The notes below the pieces were generated by a model, which was not told the DNA's origin, did no database searches, and saw only the letters and a list, made by a program, of their open reading frames with translations. The position numbers were made by a program, and so were the translations under genes. DNA of 64,000 nt from Vermamoeba vermiformis (lineage: Eukaryota): contig JBEWZL010000209.1 in NCBI GenBank assembly GCA_045837725.1, positions 434,001-498,000 of the forward strand, in the 5' to 3' direction. Shown one piece after another: positions 50,008 through 63,264 of this stretch. Numbering within the stretch: the first letter of the stretch is position 1; every line of letters begins with the position of its first letter.

Positions 50008-53000
50008 ATGCAAGTCGTATTATTTATTGCATTATCAGCGTGCTTATTTGTAGGGCCTATTTATGGCCACGCTCTTTGTTTGAACGGAGGCGGAGCTTTT
50101 GTAAGTTGTGATCTTCAGATGGCTGATCGAACAGGCAAATTCGGCGTCTAATTATCTAAATTTATTATCCACTAATTCTAGCTATATTTCCTTAAACACT
50201 TGCGGAACAATCAACTCTAACGCAACCAAATCCACTTCGTTAATTTTGTTGTATTTAGCCTGGCACGCTTTCTTACTGTTCAATGTACACGAACAATGTC
50301 TGTTGTACTTCGTCCGACGACTCTCGCATTAACACCGCTGTAAATGCCCTTGGTGTGACTGGCGAGTGTCTCAACATTATGAAAGAGAATTTATGCGCAG
50401 AATGGTAATTTAATTTAATTAATTATATATATTATTATGACGCGATAAATTGATAATTGCAATTCGTAAATTAAGAGCTCTGAATTACATTCGAAATACA
50501 AAATTTTGCGAGATCTCCCGCGCTTTTTAACCTTCAAATGTACTAATATTATCATATAACTTACAGCGATCCATGGTCTATTCATTTGTTTGGTATGCCT
50601 CATTCATAAGATTCTATTTCCATTTTTGGAAAAATTTGGCACGCGCTCGGATCTAGAGTATCTTGAAATTACCTATTGTGGCACTATTAATTATAATATT
50701 TGCAGGAGCTGAGAATTCCAACTCCAACTCCAACTCTAAAGTGCCGTTCATGTGCTCTGACTTCTGCTCGCAAATGTACGCTGCGTGCAAAGACCAAGTC
50801 ATGACGAGCAATCCTTATGACTCTCAAGGACGCAATATTGCATTGAGTAAGTCTATGTGCATAATATTATTGCCAAACGAAGATCCAGATCTGATCAAAA
50901 ATGTTAGGCGCTGTTTTTGCCGACGCCAATGCATTTTGCGCAGCATTCTCAGTACCTCAAGGCGACTCAGTAGGTCAATATAATAAATATGATATAGAAT
51001 GGACGTAAGAATTAACCTTGACTCTAGTACTGCTTCAACGGCCAGCCTTTTGTTCAACCAACTCCGTTGTCCGTGAACACTACCGGATCCGTAAGAAAAA
51101 TACTCAAAAGTCACAAATTAACGATTAATATGTCGAAAATTACTGAAATATCTGCGTTAGAATTGAGAGATTATACCTTGTTCACCTCGGACTTTGTGTT
51201 AGTGGTATTTCCTAATAAGGAAATTTTGAACAGGTCTGCATGGCTAAAGTTCTCGACGGCAACGACTACTTGAACTTGATTCAGCCAGACGACCGAATTT
51301 TTGTCGCGTCAAAGGGCGGAGTGATTCGCACAGTGAACCCGAGCACGTATCAAGTGACTGGTACTTATTTGGACATTAGCGCTCGTGTATTGAACAACGG
51401 CGAGCGAGGACTGTTGGGCCTGGCTTTTCATCCGCAGTTCAAGACTAACGGAAGATTTTTCGTTGTAAGTAACATGGGCACAACATCGATTTATATTTTG
51501 ATTTTCAGCCCAAACTCCACTTACATACTCAATAATCTGTACATGATAATTTACTGCAAATTTATTTTAAATCATGTGACGTTAAATTTCATGTGAAATT
51601 AGTCGTACCGAACGTTCGAGGTGTGACTCTTTAATTGGCCAATCAGTGAACTAAGACTTTTGTATTTTGCAGGGTTATTCGTGCGACCCCAGCAAGCACG
51701 ACGACTGCAAGTGGTCATGCGACCGCGGTTGTCCCTGGGACGGTGGTTGCAACACCAACACCAATCAGTGTTCTAGTACGTACTTCTAAATGACACCTGC
51801 CATCTTTTAGCGCGAAAGTCTATAGTGACCACGCCGTAAAATTATCGGGCTCGCTTCGTGCATGTTGCTAAGTGTCAAAGTGTCAAACTCTGATCTTTGC
51901 TTTTTCATAGGACACGATCACATGAGTGTTATTGCTGAGTATCGTGCTGCTAATGGCGATTCTTCGTATGTCCATATGATTTAGCTTAAGCCTATATAAC
52001 TGACTGATAATCTCTGCCTAGCTCGAGCACAGCGGATCCAGTCGAGGTTCAACGAATTTTCGAGTACACTCAACCGTATGGCAATCACAACGGAGGACAG
52101 TACGTAACAAGATAACACTTAAAATATGATGGCACGTGATACTGATCTATTTTTAGACTTCTGTTTGGCGCTGATGGTTATTTGTACCTCATGTTCGGTG
52201 ACGGAGGCAGTGGAGATGACCCACAACAGAACGGTCAAGTAAGTCTCATTTTCGAGGAATTGTTTAATTCTTTGCCAAGCGCAATCAAGTTATTTTAGCG
52301 CTATTAGTGCTGAAATTAAATTGGTACAAACTGACTAATTCGATTTTTTCCCTGCAGAACAAGAAGAGTCCTCTCGGCAAAATTCTTCGCATTGACATTG
52401 ACAACAAAGCTAATGGCAAGAACTACGCGATTCCGAGTGACAATCCATTCGCTGATAACGCGGATTATACTCCGGAGATTTGGGCGTTAGGGTAAGTTCA
52501 AACGAGAAACGGATATTTCGTTCATGAAAACTAACTTTGCGATAATTTCTTTCGCAGAGTACGCAATCCTTGGCGCTGTTCGTTCGACAAAGAAAATCCC
52601 GCTTATTTCTTCTGCGGTGACGTAGGTCAAAATGTACGTACAAGTCAAAAAATGAAAACTTTGCAAGAATTCTTTTGAGTAACTTAACCTTTTTCCTTTT
52701 TTAGAATGTTGAAGAGGTCAGTTTGATCGTCAGAGGTGGCAACTACGGCTGGAGAAAGTGGGAAGGCACTCGATTGAACTTCCCTGATGACCTTGACATT
52801 CCTAACCGCATTAACCCAATTATGCAATACGATCGATCGGAATCGGGATACCCAGCTTCAGTCACTGGCGGTTATCGCTACAGAGGTACCGTTCACTGAA
52901 CGCTTAGCAAAGTTAACGCCGTTCTCGTACTGACTAATCGGATCTATTTTTAGGCACTGAAGACACGTGCTTGAAAGACCACTACATCTTCGCTGATTTG

Positions 53001-53648
53001 TACAACAAGGTCTTCTCATCGATTGAAAATCCTCCTGGAAGGTACGTGCATTGATAACAATTACTAAATGACATATTATGACATTTTGACACCTGTCACA
53101 TTTCTTGTAAAGCATAAGTGCTGTCAACAACGCGATATTGATATATTTTTAATGTTCGTACACTGATTTCCCATTTAAATTAGCGGTATCTTCCAGCGCG
53201 GCAACGTCAAAGTTTATTGTGCCAAAGACAGTCCGTTGCCATGCTCTACGAATATGAACAACATTCTCAGCTTCGGTGAAGACGCTGCGGGTGAATTGTA
53301 CTTCCTTACTGACGGCGTAAGTCTCGACCAGGCCATTTTTTGTAACTCAAACCCTAACCCTCGCCAAATCGAAATTTTTAAATTGTTTAAATTTTGACCA
53401 CCAACTTTACTGATGCTAATTATGCTATTTTATATGACTAGGGTGTCAACAAGATTGTGCCAATCAGCCGCTGTAACATGCAGTGCACAGAGGTAGCAAC
53501 ACCGAATACGAGTCCTGCAGGCAGTCCTGCCTCTGTGACGCCAAGTACTAACGCAACTCCTATTAAGCAGAGCACTCCCGTGGGCTCGCGTGTGTCGTCT
53601 GCTAGCAGAACTAGTTTGAGCATTTTCAATCTAGTGCTTGGTAATTAG
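50008..53648 (+). CDS. HIPL1/HHIP-like protein (Cys-rich folate-receptor-like N-terminus plus glucose/sorbosone dehydrogenase-type propeller), many exons
   Basis: Signal peptide MQVVLFIALSACLFVGPIYG; MCSDFCSQMYAACK; ERGLLGLAFHPQF; NHNGGQ, FGADGYLYLMFGDGGSGDDP, GKILRIDID, EIWALG-RNPWRCSFD, GGNYGW; Ser/Thr/Pro tail. Confidence 0.85.
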
Positions 53649-53930
53649 TAGTTTGTTAGGTGACATTTATTGGTGTTTGTAGAATAAAATAACTATAATT
53701 GGGTAATTAAATCGTGAGTTGTAAATTGCAATGAATGGTGCTAATGTTCATGGGTAAGAGATCTTATTTTTGGCACAGATCAGAGCGGGATTTTTGTGAC
53801 CTAGTTCGTGAAGCAACGTTTAACGCAACGCCACTATTCATGTTTAAAGCCAATTTTTGCGTTGACAACAGTACCTAGCATTCCAACGCAATTAAGCACA
53901 GCCGAATCGAGGATCGAGATCCGTCACTAG

Positions 53931-55189
53931 ATGGAGCCATGTAGTAAACGCCAAAGAGGTATTCTTATTTTTATAAAGCCCATATAACTAATTAATTAAT
54001 AGTACATGAACTCGAGCCCGCGTCTCTGGTGACGTGTCCACGAGATATTCTGGGCGAAATAATTAATTTTGTTGCAAACTTTGATGACGTAACAAGGTAC
54101 ATTACATTATGATTAAAGCAATAATAACATTATTATATTTTATTTTTCTGGGAATTAATTTTGCATATTGTTAGTTTGTCCATGGTTTGCAAGCGGATGG
54201 ATTCGATGAACTGTCTCGCTTTGCTCCGTTATTGTTATTTTTACCGACAAAGGATATGGACAGCAGCGATTAGTAACAAAATTGCACAACTAACGCAACT
54301 AAAAGATTTGATTATTGGGGCATCACGTTTGTGTGACATGAAGGAGTCTTCGACGGATGTGTTTTTGAAGTGCACGACCCTAACTCAACTTCAATCACTG
54401 TCTATATACATGACCGAGATATTTACGGAAGATATGGAAGATTTTTTTGCCAGCCAATGCAACCTCATGTCCCTGATCTGTGCGAAAATGAAATCCAGAT
54501 CAGGCGAATGGAGTGCTTTTCGTCATTTAACAAAGTTGGAGTACTTATGCATATACTACTCCGAAGAGTTACCAAATTTGGTTCATTTGACAAATATTAA
54601 GCGACTTGAACTGACCGAAAATCACATCCAGGATTTGGACGAATTTTACAAAATGACAAATTTAACGAACCTTACATATCTCAAAATGGACGAAGATTTG
54701 CCAGAAAATCACCAATTGATTGAAATTATTGCAAGAATGACAACTATTCAAGAACTTGAAATAGGTCAAAGCCACGTCAATTATCACTTTACAGTCGCAA
54801 CAGTAAGCCTAATAACAGAGACAATGACAAATTTAACTCGATTGAGCTGGATCACTGTCACTTGCAAAAATAATGACGATGTCGGATGGATCCCAGAAAC
54901 GATTTCGAATTTGCAAAGTCTACGAAGCTTGGACCTAATGTATTGGGGAGAAAGTGATCCCATGGACGAAGAAGAGACCAAAAAATTATTATCTCTGTCA
55001 AATTTGACGCACTTAGGACTTATTCTTGCGAACAAACAAGCACTCGACAGTATTTTGACTTTAACCGGTTTACAATCTTTGTTAGTGTGGGGACCGTCTG
55101 ACGATGTTAATAATTATGATTATATCACGTCTATTCTTCCTAATGTGCGTGTAACCGATTCAATCGATAAGTTGTACTATTACAATTAA
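53931..55189 (+). CDS. F-box/LRR protein (3 exons)
   Basis: Spliced N-terminus LVTCPRDILGEIINFVANFDDVT..LSMVCKRM (F-box-like), followed by LT.L..L.L-type LRRs in ORF 54161..55189. Confidence 0.7.
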
Positions 55190-55365
55190 TAATTAATAAA
55201 CCAAAAAATTCGCTCGTGCTGCTTGTCTTCGAGGCGGTCAATCTTGCGGATGCTGTGAGCGACGCGATTGCCAAATTAGGTAATCTTAATATCCGGATGC
55301 GGTGATTTTATTGGATCGGCTAACGTAATTGCTTTTATCGGACCCAGGGTCCATTATTTACACCT

Positions 55366-56103
55366 TTAGATGGCATATTCAACATCGTCATCATCATTTT
55401 CACTATTTCTATTGTTATTATCGGCAGGGTAATCTTCTTCCAAGTCCTTCATTGCCGCTCGAACCGCTTTGGCGTCAAAGTCAATTACGAATCCGCAGTC
55501 AACGCATAAATCGAAGCATGCGCCATCACCATTAGTAACGGCAGGAATTATGGGACAGTATCCTGTGGAAGATTGCCTAGTTAGTAATTATAGAACGAGT
55601 TTGTTTTTGGATCTGGATGTAGATCTTGATCTACTTCTTTACCTTCAACTTCTCGGCCCCAAGGAAGCGTAACATAATTATTATCGCAAGCCTTAGACAC
55701 GATTGATATGATTTTCTTGCCCTTGCACTTCTTGCACTTGACTTTCAGCGAATCTGCGTTCTTTGTTTCTAATTTTCGACGCTTTGCTTCTCTCGCCTCC
55801 TCATGCTCCGCTCTAATACCTTCATTGTTGCTAATAATATCATTGATTGCTCCTTGAATGGTGTCCTGGATCAACTACGAAGAAAATAGGTAAATATTTT
55901 AATTACTTTTTGACTACTCTCATTACCGAAACAGAAATCGTCTGGTCGCCGTATAATGTAGCATCTTCTAAGAATTTTTTTATTGGTGCTGATGTTCTTT
56001 TGCACAACGCGGTGTATTTATTCCAAACGCCATCCAAATCTGCTTTTCGATAATTTTTAACCAATTGGTTCAATCGCTCTTGTTGCTTATATGAAGTGCT
56101 CAT
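55366..56103 (-). CDS. Hypothetical protein with CxxC...C...CxxC motifs (3 exons)
   Basis: Spliced translation includes CKKCKGKKIISIVSKACDNNYVTLPWGREVEGYCPIIPAVTNGDGACFDLCVDCG and an acidic tail. Confidence 0.65.
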
Positions 56104-56404
56104 TATGATGTAATTTGTGGTATTGCTGGTCAAAAAGGGTTTGGCAAAACAAACCGATTTTTATTGTCCCATCGTATCTTTTGGCTAAAATTCGTGTAAA
56201 TATTTGTCTGAGATTCACCATTATATTACTAGTAAATATAGTGCGTACTTTATATCGCAATCAAACTCCTCTAAGCTTTCAGATCGAGATTCGTGATCAC
56301 GGGACAAGTAGGTACATCTAATTCGATAAAAAAGCATTTATTACAGTATCCACAAATATAAATAAATTAAACAAGTTCAAATAGTTTTTAAGCAGTATTT
56401 TGGC

Positions 56405-57218
56405 TTAATACTCTTCCTCTTCTTGCGCCTCTTGCGCCTTTCGCTTGATCCTGTTAACGAACCAATCGAATGCTTCGTGAACACCTACACCAGTGATAGC
56501 ACTAGTAGATAATACGGCAACAGGTTGTTTGATCTCGCTGATCTTGAATCTGTTCCAGATTTCTTGGGTTTCGAGTGCATCCGGCAGATCTTGCTTGTTT
56601 GCGACAATTAGAATAGGAACATCCTTCAAATTATCTTCGGGCAATATTTTGTTGAATTCTTGAAGTGCCTCATCGAGTCTGTCGTGATTCGCCGAATCCA
56701 GTACGAACATAACGCCATCCAGACCAGCAAAGTGATGACGCCAAACGTAACGTGTCTATTTAAATATATTAGCTAAATATTCGATAATTTTATGACAATG
56801 AAAAATATCCGTATTTGAGAATGATTCAAAAATATTTGTTAACGGTCAAATCTGCTCGTGTAATTGCTTTTTCAATTAAAATCGAAATTAAGCGAAATAA
56901 ATGTTATAAAAATTATACTATAATTATACGTGATATAGTAGTACCTCTGCATTGCCTTCAATGTCTTTAATATTGAATCTCACATCCTTATAAATAATTG
57001 TGTCCTCTACATATGAATGTGTCGGCTTAATATCCTCAAGTACACGTCCAATAGTCATTTTTTGTAATAATGCTGTCTTGCCGGCATTATCGAGGCCGAT
57101 CTAAGAGTGGATTAGTTCCTGACAAATACTCTCGCTGGATGTGACTTACAACAAATATTCTCGCTTGAAGCCAGTCGTCGGAGCCTATTTGCTGTACACT
57201 AGATTCGGTTAAACCCAT
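56405..57218 (-). CDS. Divergent Arf/Arl-family small GTPase (3 exons)
   Basis: MGLTES N-terminus, GLDNAGKT P-loop, FVLDSA, ANKQDLP, SAITGVGV. Confidence 0.85.
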
Positions 57219-57594
57219 ATTATATAAATAAACGCCTGTTGTCTCGTATTTACAAATAAATATTTGAATAAGTAAAGTTGCCAATTTTCCAACCCCAAGC
57301 AGATGGGCGCGGGAGCAGATCAATCACTCGGAATAGTAGAGCATTGATATATTTAACTGTTCTAATTAATCCAGTGTAGCATGAATTCGTGCGAAGATCT
57401 TCATGGAGTGAAATCCTGAAGTTCATGAACTCTGCAACCCGTACTACTCCTGTCAATTATGCATTTGCATAATATAATAATAATTAAAGATATGAAGAGG
57501 ATCTATTTTATGTACATCTTGCGTCAAGTACTCAAACGGAGTTACAACGTAATTACAATACCACCACTTTAGAATAAGACCACTGGCCACTCAC

Positions 57595-58457
57595 TTAGCT
57601 GTCAATGTGCTCTAACTTGCCTTGTCTAATTAAAGTCTCGGCCTCTGAGCGTCGCATAAGCGTTTGAGTATTTTTCTTGAGCGTGATCGGACCAGATTCC
57701 GTTACAATCGTGCCAATGTCTTCCAATACACGTACTTCGATGAAAAGGTCCTTAGGTGGGTGTTGTAAGTTCTATATAGGCCACCAAATCAGTCAAATAT
57801 TACATTTGAAAAGTAGATCTAGTTAAAACTTACCGCGGTCAGATCCAATCCTCGCAGAGAACGCATATAAGTTCCTAATAACTTGTCGTATCCGCTAAAG
57901 AAGTTCACTTCGTGCGTATTTGGATTAACTTTGATATCTTGAGGAATAACAACACCGACTTCCCATCGAATCCGTTCGAGTCGTCTTAGTCGCTCCATTC
58001 TGTAATACTCGAAGTTAATTATAATAGTCGTATAATATGACCTTTAAGGTACTTACAAATACGCAAGCATACATTGCTTGTTGCGGAACGTGCTGTGATG
58101 GTGCACGACGAGTTGCGCGTAGACTGCTGGATCTTTTTGTAATTCGCTTGCTTTTGTTCTAAATAATTATATAAATATTTATTTACTATTATCATAGCTA
58201 TTTAACTGTTTATTGACAATTTGGCTGATAAATCCAACGGAAACTTACTTGGCAATTGTTTCTGTGGCTTTAAACAATGCATTTGTTTCGGACACGACTT
58301 GCTTTCGTAAATCTTCCTAATATTTTATTATAATTAATATTTAGTTCGCCAGTTGAAAGCAGATTTGATTAATTACATTAAACGGCTCTAAACGATCCGA
58401 TGTCTTTAAATCTCGTAATAACTCAATAGCTGCTTCTCCATATACACGCTTTTCCAT
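57595..58457 (-). CDS. GINS1: GINS complex subunit Psf1
   Basis: YGEAAIELLRDL; RNKQCMLAY; PPKDLFIEVRVLEDIGTIVTESG.ITLKKNTQTLMRRSEAETLIRQGKLEHI. Confidence 0.9.
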
Positions 58458-58628
58458 CGTTTGTTGTCTTACAAGTCAAATCAAAATTCAAATTATTAGT
58501 GATTTTCGGCGGGAAACTTTTTTTGGTTGATTTTCCTCCCTGATTGACCTGGTCAGACCTTTCAAAATCACTTTGTTGCACAACAACACGATCGTATTGC
58601 TGCATACCATAGGCCATCATAGACGATT
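58458..58628. promoter_or_regulatory. Probable bidirectional promoter between head-to-head PSF1 and ALG1
   Basis: The divergent ATGs are ~170 bp apart; an E2F-like GGCGGGAAA lies near 58508 (inference). Confidence 0.45.
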
Positions 58629-60856
58629 ATGAAGCAACGTGCAGCGATCTTGGTGCTTGGTGACGTGGCTCGTTCGCCACGGATGCAATATCATGCCCTG
58701 TCATGTGCTAATCAAGCTGATATGGATGTAGATATTATTGGATATCCAGGTATAATTAAACTCTCTCTAAGAGAAAACCTATAAATAAGATTTGATATTT
58801 TATTTAAAAGATCACGTCTTAAAAATACCGTCAGTTTGCTTTTGAGCTATTGTTAATTAATATAAAATATTTTTTAGGCAAGGGAAAGTGTTTCGACGAG
58901 TTGGAATCAAATCCACGAATTAAAAAGCACTTTATGCAGCCAATCAAGCTTCCTCGCCTAGTCGACAAATTGTTTGTATTACGCTCGCTAATTAAGCCAA
59001 TTTTACAATTATGGACGATGTTTTATATGCTATTCAAAATACAGAAACCTGACTTTTTGTTAATCCAAGTAAGTCCTTCATAAATAATCCAAGAAATATT
59101 CTTTATTACAATTTCATATTATGTTATATCGAATTTTTTCATATTTGTCGCAACAAGAAAATATTTTAGGGTGAGATCCAAAACAAAATTTCGGATCGAC
59201 TAAGTATTGATTAATAGAACCCACCGGCGATTCCAACCCTATTCGTCGCTCATATAGTATGCCTACTACGCCGTTCAAAGCTAATTATTGATTTCCACAA
59301 CTATGGCTACACAATTATGGAAATGTCGAAGACGGGTCATAGCCGCAAAAATCATCCAATTGTAAAGCTAGCTAAATGGTTCGCAAATATATATTCTATA
59401 TGTGCCCGAGACCTATATTAATATGGTGCTATTGTAGGTATGAAAGACGATTTGGTCGTGGAGCCTATGCCAACTTATGTGTGTCTCAAGCAATGCAAGC
59501 GGATCTGAGATTGAACTGGAAAATAGAGTAAGTCATTTGGCCCTATATATAAACAATACTATAGTATTTATTATTGAGTATTAATTAATCCGGATCTGTT
59601 GAACAGGGCACATGTTTTGTACGACAGACCACCTGCGTTTTTCAAAGAAGCAAAATTGCAAGATAAAGAAGAGGTAGTAGCACCTTATTATAATACCCAT
59701 TGATAATGTATTTACTATACTAATTGATATCCTATTATTAGCTGTTACAAAAGTATGATTTCGGAAAGGACAAAAATAACGAGTAAGAAAAGCTATCAAA
59801 ATTGTTATTTAGCATTATTTTAATAATTAAATTTATGCAGATTAGCATTCTTTGCGAAGAAAAAATTGCGAGAAGATCGACCAGCACTTATTGTATCATC
59901 GACAAGTTGGACTATTGACGAGGTAACTAGATCTGCCTTAATGTTTCGATTTTTAACGAAGTAATAGGACTTTGGCATATTATTCGATGCAGTTGAGCTG
60001 TGCGAGAAGAAAGTTGAAGAATTCTTGAAGCAGAATCCAAAGTCCAAAAAAGGAAAGTCGATCGAGTTTCCTCAAGTCCATTTGGTTGTTACAGGCGATG
60101 GAGATATGAGAAAATATTATGAAGAGGAGTGGAAAAAGAAGAATTTTAATTATTTCAGATTGTTTACTCATTATATGCCGTACAGCGATTATGCTACTTT
60201 ACTTGGTACGTTAGATCTCACTTAATAGTGACTGCCTAGCCTTCAAATAATCTTTAAATATTATATACTTGGTATACATAACATTGGCATTAACTTTCAA
60301 TTTTATTGTTAATCAGGATCCGCTGACTTCGGCATCTGCTTGCACACCTCGTCCTCGAAGGTAGATCTGCCAATGAAAGTCGTGGATATGTTTGGCTGTG
60401 TCTTACCTGTAGTTGCATATCATTATCCTTGGTAAGTACTCAAAAAAGATTAGCTCCACATCCCGTTACAAATCGATTCGTAAATTAGATCCAGTAAATT
60501 CTTTTTATCTAAACTAAACTCGCTAACTTGCTACAAATATAATGTTTTAAACTACATCGCCTTACTGTCTATTTAATAGCTTGCAAGAGCTCGTACAAGA
60601 AAACAAAACTGGATTTACTTTCAAAAATACGCAAGAGCTCTCTCAATACTTATTTGTAAGTCTATATATCTAATACAATACTATTTATGCTAATCGACAA
60701 TGTAACTAGGATTTGTTGTCGAGTTTTCCGAACACATCCACGCTGGATTCGCTGCGTAACAACATTCGTAGTACACAAGCTAACTCACGTTGGAATGAGA
60801 ACTGGGCACGAACAGTATTGCCCTTGCTAAAGACCGATAATAAAAAGAAGAAGTAG
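58629..60856 (+). CDS. ALG1: Chitobiosyldiphosphodolichol beta-mannosyltransferase, multi-exon
   Basis: [76 protein letters not shown]. Confidence 0.95.
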
Positions 60857-61153
60857 ATCTGCTTAGACCGCGTAGGATCGTTCAAACGAAAACCGCTTGC
60901 TATTTTTTATTCTGCTCCTTGGCTTGTTACATGTAGTTGATGCGGCGTATATAAAGTTTAGAACATAAGGCCCTCCATTAATTGGTTTAAAAGGTGAGCG
61001 GCGGCCGCTTGGATCCGAAAGTCAACGATTGGTCAACATAACCAAAAATAGCGCCATCGCGGTCCGCGAAGATAATATTAAATCTTTTCGGTCGTGTTGA
61101 TTAATTTAATTCATTGTAACAATAGAACACAACGTACCTAAGTCGAACTAACC

Positions 61154-63117
61154 ATGCAAACAGTTACGGAAACGGTGACTGTTCAACAAAAACAGCCGAT
61201 CTCGAGCGAGGCACGCGTCATACTAATTTAAATATTATTAATACAGTTGCCTGTATTAAATTTACAATATTATTGGCATAATTGTTTTGTGGAATAACGT
61301 TTGATTTATTTTTGTGCTAATCCATTGTTTTACAGAAAGACAAGGAGTCAACGGTTAATATCGATAAGTTCCCAGTAGCTCCATATTATTTGGTGTACAT
61401 TTTGCACCTGCTTACGCTCCTCAGTTGGGTAAGATCAGATTTCGAATGACATGCTGTTATTATTTTGGCTGGTGGAACACTTATGCTAATGCTACGATAG
61501 ATTTTTGGAGGCGCGGTGTATTATTTGCCTGTCATATTTACTTTTGGCCTCAGTAAGTAATCCCAATCGAGATTTACTCATCCGAAAAACGAAAAATGAC
61601 TCCAAAAGATTCTGCGCAATGAATTTTGCTAAAAAAAGTACTAATATTTGTAAACTGAACAGTCCCTATTTTGGATCTTGTTAGAGGAGTCGACGATGTT
61701 AATCCAACGAAAGAACAAGAAAAAGTAATGGATAAAATGTGGAAGTACCGCATTCCGACTCTCGCTTGGGTACCCGCTCAGTTTGCTACTCTAATATTCT
61801 GCACGTGGATCGCCACGCATCAGACTCTGACTTGTAAGTTCTTTTCAGTGGATCGTAATCCACCCATCAAATTCTTAATTTATTGCTTTGCCTTAGAAAT
61901 GATTGATTAATTTGTCAAATATATCTAGTATATATTAAACGATCAATTTCTTAATATTATCCATTAGTAAGCGAATACATTGGCTTGGTAACGGGAATGG
62001 GCATTCACGCAGGTCTGGGAATTAATGTGGCGCACGAATTGACGCACAAATACACGAAATTAGAAAGATTAGCTGGCAAAGCATCAGTACGTAGTGAATA
62101 GTGATAAAAAATCTCCTCCGATTAGGTCGCGTACTGACTTTTTGTGGATGTAGTTAGCGGCAACTTGCTACTTGCACTTTTATATCGAGCACCCTGTAGG
62201 CCACCACTGGCACGTTGCTACTCCTAAAGGTATTATATGCCCCGTATTGGTCGATATGAAGTGAAGCTAACAACTTGCTGCCCAGATCCGGCTACTTCAC
62301 GCTTTGGCGAATCATTTTATAAGTTCTGGCCTCGTACAGTGATCTACTCCTTCCTTAGCGCCATTAACCTCGAGAGTGAGTATATATTCACACCAATAAT
62401 TATTCAAATGTGATACTAATAAGCTCAATAATTATGACAGAACAACGCCTCGCGAAGCAAAACAAACCAACGCATATTTTGTTCAATTTTGAAAATTTGA
62501 TCTTTTGGTGCTTCTTGGGTCCTATTATCATTATTACTGGTTTGACTTTGATGTTTGGAAACCTGCTTCAAGTCACCGTGTTCTTCCTCATCCAGTCAGT
62601 CGTTGGCTTCTCACTGCTGGAGCTCGTTAATTACATCGAACACTATGGTAATTATTCCCACTTAAAGTTAAGTTGAAAGCAGTTAAAAATTAACATTTTT
62701 TTTAGGTTTGGAACGCAAAGAAGTCAAGCCAGGCATTTACGAGCCAGTCACACCTTTGCACTCGTGGAATGCACCGTTCAGAGTGACGAACTACTTCTTG
62801 TTCAAATTGCAACGCCATTCTGATCACCATGCTTATCCTATTAGAAGGTAAGTCGTAAATTTTTTTCGTTGCGGATCCACAGGTTGGAGTCACTTTAGAG
62901 CCCTTGACTAACGTTATATATAACTAGGTATCAAATTCTTCGATCGTTTGAGGAGTCCCCTCAAATGCCCACTGGTTATGCCGGCATGATTCTATTGGCT
63001 GTCGTGCCACCATTGTGGTTTAAAGTGATGGATCCGCTCGTCAAAGATTTTAACTCGCGTACCACAGACAAGCACGTGTTTCATACCAATGAAAACGATG
63101 CTGCTAGATTTAACTAG
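61154..63117 (+). CDS. alkB: Alkane 1-monooxygenase-like membrane di-iron hydroxylase (AlkB/XylM type), multi-exon
   Basis: His boxes AHELTHK, EHPVGHHWHVATP.DPATSR.GESFY, NYIEHYGL, HSWN, LQRHSDHHAYP, and PQMPTGYAGM. Confidence 0.9.
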
Positions 63118-63264
63118 CAGTAATGTACAGTACTATTAATAAAGTGTAAATAGTTGATTAACTTAGATTGGCAAGCGAATATCGTTTCCACGCTATTTTA
63201 TTATGTACAAAATTGTGGGTTTGTTATTGCTTGAATTCTTTTTGTATTTTAACCTATTTTTCAA

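Noticed and set aside
53349-53361. Telomere-like AACCCT repeat
   Set aside because: Only two units inside an intron; expected by chance.
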